A stretch of DNA of 64,000 bases from Octopus sinensis. Its lineage: Eukaryota. The notes under the pieces were generated by a model, which did no database searches, was not told the DNA's origin, and saw only the letters and a list, made by a program, of their open reading frames with translations. The translations under genes were made by a program, and so were the position numbers. The stretch is from positions 1 through 64,000 of the forward strand of contig NW_021833114.1 in the NCBI RefSeq assembly GCF_006345805.1. Reading direction: 5' to 3'. Positions 63,645 through 64,000 of the stretch are shown here, one piece after another (the stretch's first letter is position 1; every line of letters starts with the position of its first letter).

Positions 63645-63700
63645 TGTCACATGCCCCACGCGTTACCATGCCCCACGCGTTACCATTGCTCTAAATTTCT
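63645..63700. mobile_element. Ginger2-like terminus (partner probably beyond window)
   Basis: TATTA|TGTCA followed by the perfect doublet (CATGCCCCACGCGTTAC)2. Confidence 0.8.
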
Positions 63701-63841
63701 AAAATTTCAATTAAAAATATTTAGACGATTGAAATATATTTACTTATTAATTTAAAAATTAATAATATTATGGATTTTTATTTTTTCAATGCTTAACCAT
63801 TAAAATTAAAAAACAATAAATTAAGCATGCTGTTTATTGTC

Positions 63842-63978
63842 GGGGTTAGGGCTAAGGTAAAGATTAGGGTTAGGGTAAAGGTTAGGGTAAAGGTTGGGGT
63901 TAGGGTTAGGGTAAAGGTTAGGGTAAAGGTTGGGGTTAGGGTTAGGGTAAAGGTTAGGGCAAAGGTTGGGGTTAGGGT
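63842..63978 (+). repeat. Degenerate telomere-like tract with 36-bp higher-order unit
   Basis: (TTAGGG TTAGGG TAAAGG TTAGGG TAAAGG TTGGGG) about x3, followed by non-telomeric sequence. Confidence 0.9.
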
Positions 63979-64000
63979 TTGAAAAAATTTGAAAGTGCTT

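Noticed and set aside
63842-64000. True chromosome end
   Set aside because: The tract is short, degenerate, patterned and followed by non-telomeric sequence.

Overview
AT-rich eukaryotic (animal) genomic DNA. About 10-12 compact host genes are split by ultra-short GT-AG introns (20-32 nt, mostly 25-27): phospholipase C, troponin I-like, BAR/SH3 protein, RSPH3, PPP1R14/CPI-17-like, KLF, Pellino, CSPP1-like and CFAP57. The intron size, ciliary genes and TTAGGG-type repeats fit a dicyemid-like reduced lophotrochozoan; this is inference only. More than half of the window is nested, mostly decayed transposon DNA: Tigger/pogo, Buster-type hAT, a Helitron, RTE/CRE/Jockey-like/R4-like LINEs and satellites. 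The most notable signal is a radiation of Ginger2/TDD-like integrase DNA transposons. About ten distinct terminus types share one grammar: TGTCRC-like end, then a CpG-rich 16-18 bp direct-repeat doublet, flanked by a 5-bp A/T-only TSD. The doublet sequence differs per subfamily, and the integrase genes carry host-style micro-introns. All protein identifications are by eye from motif recall; no database search was run.
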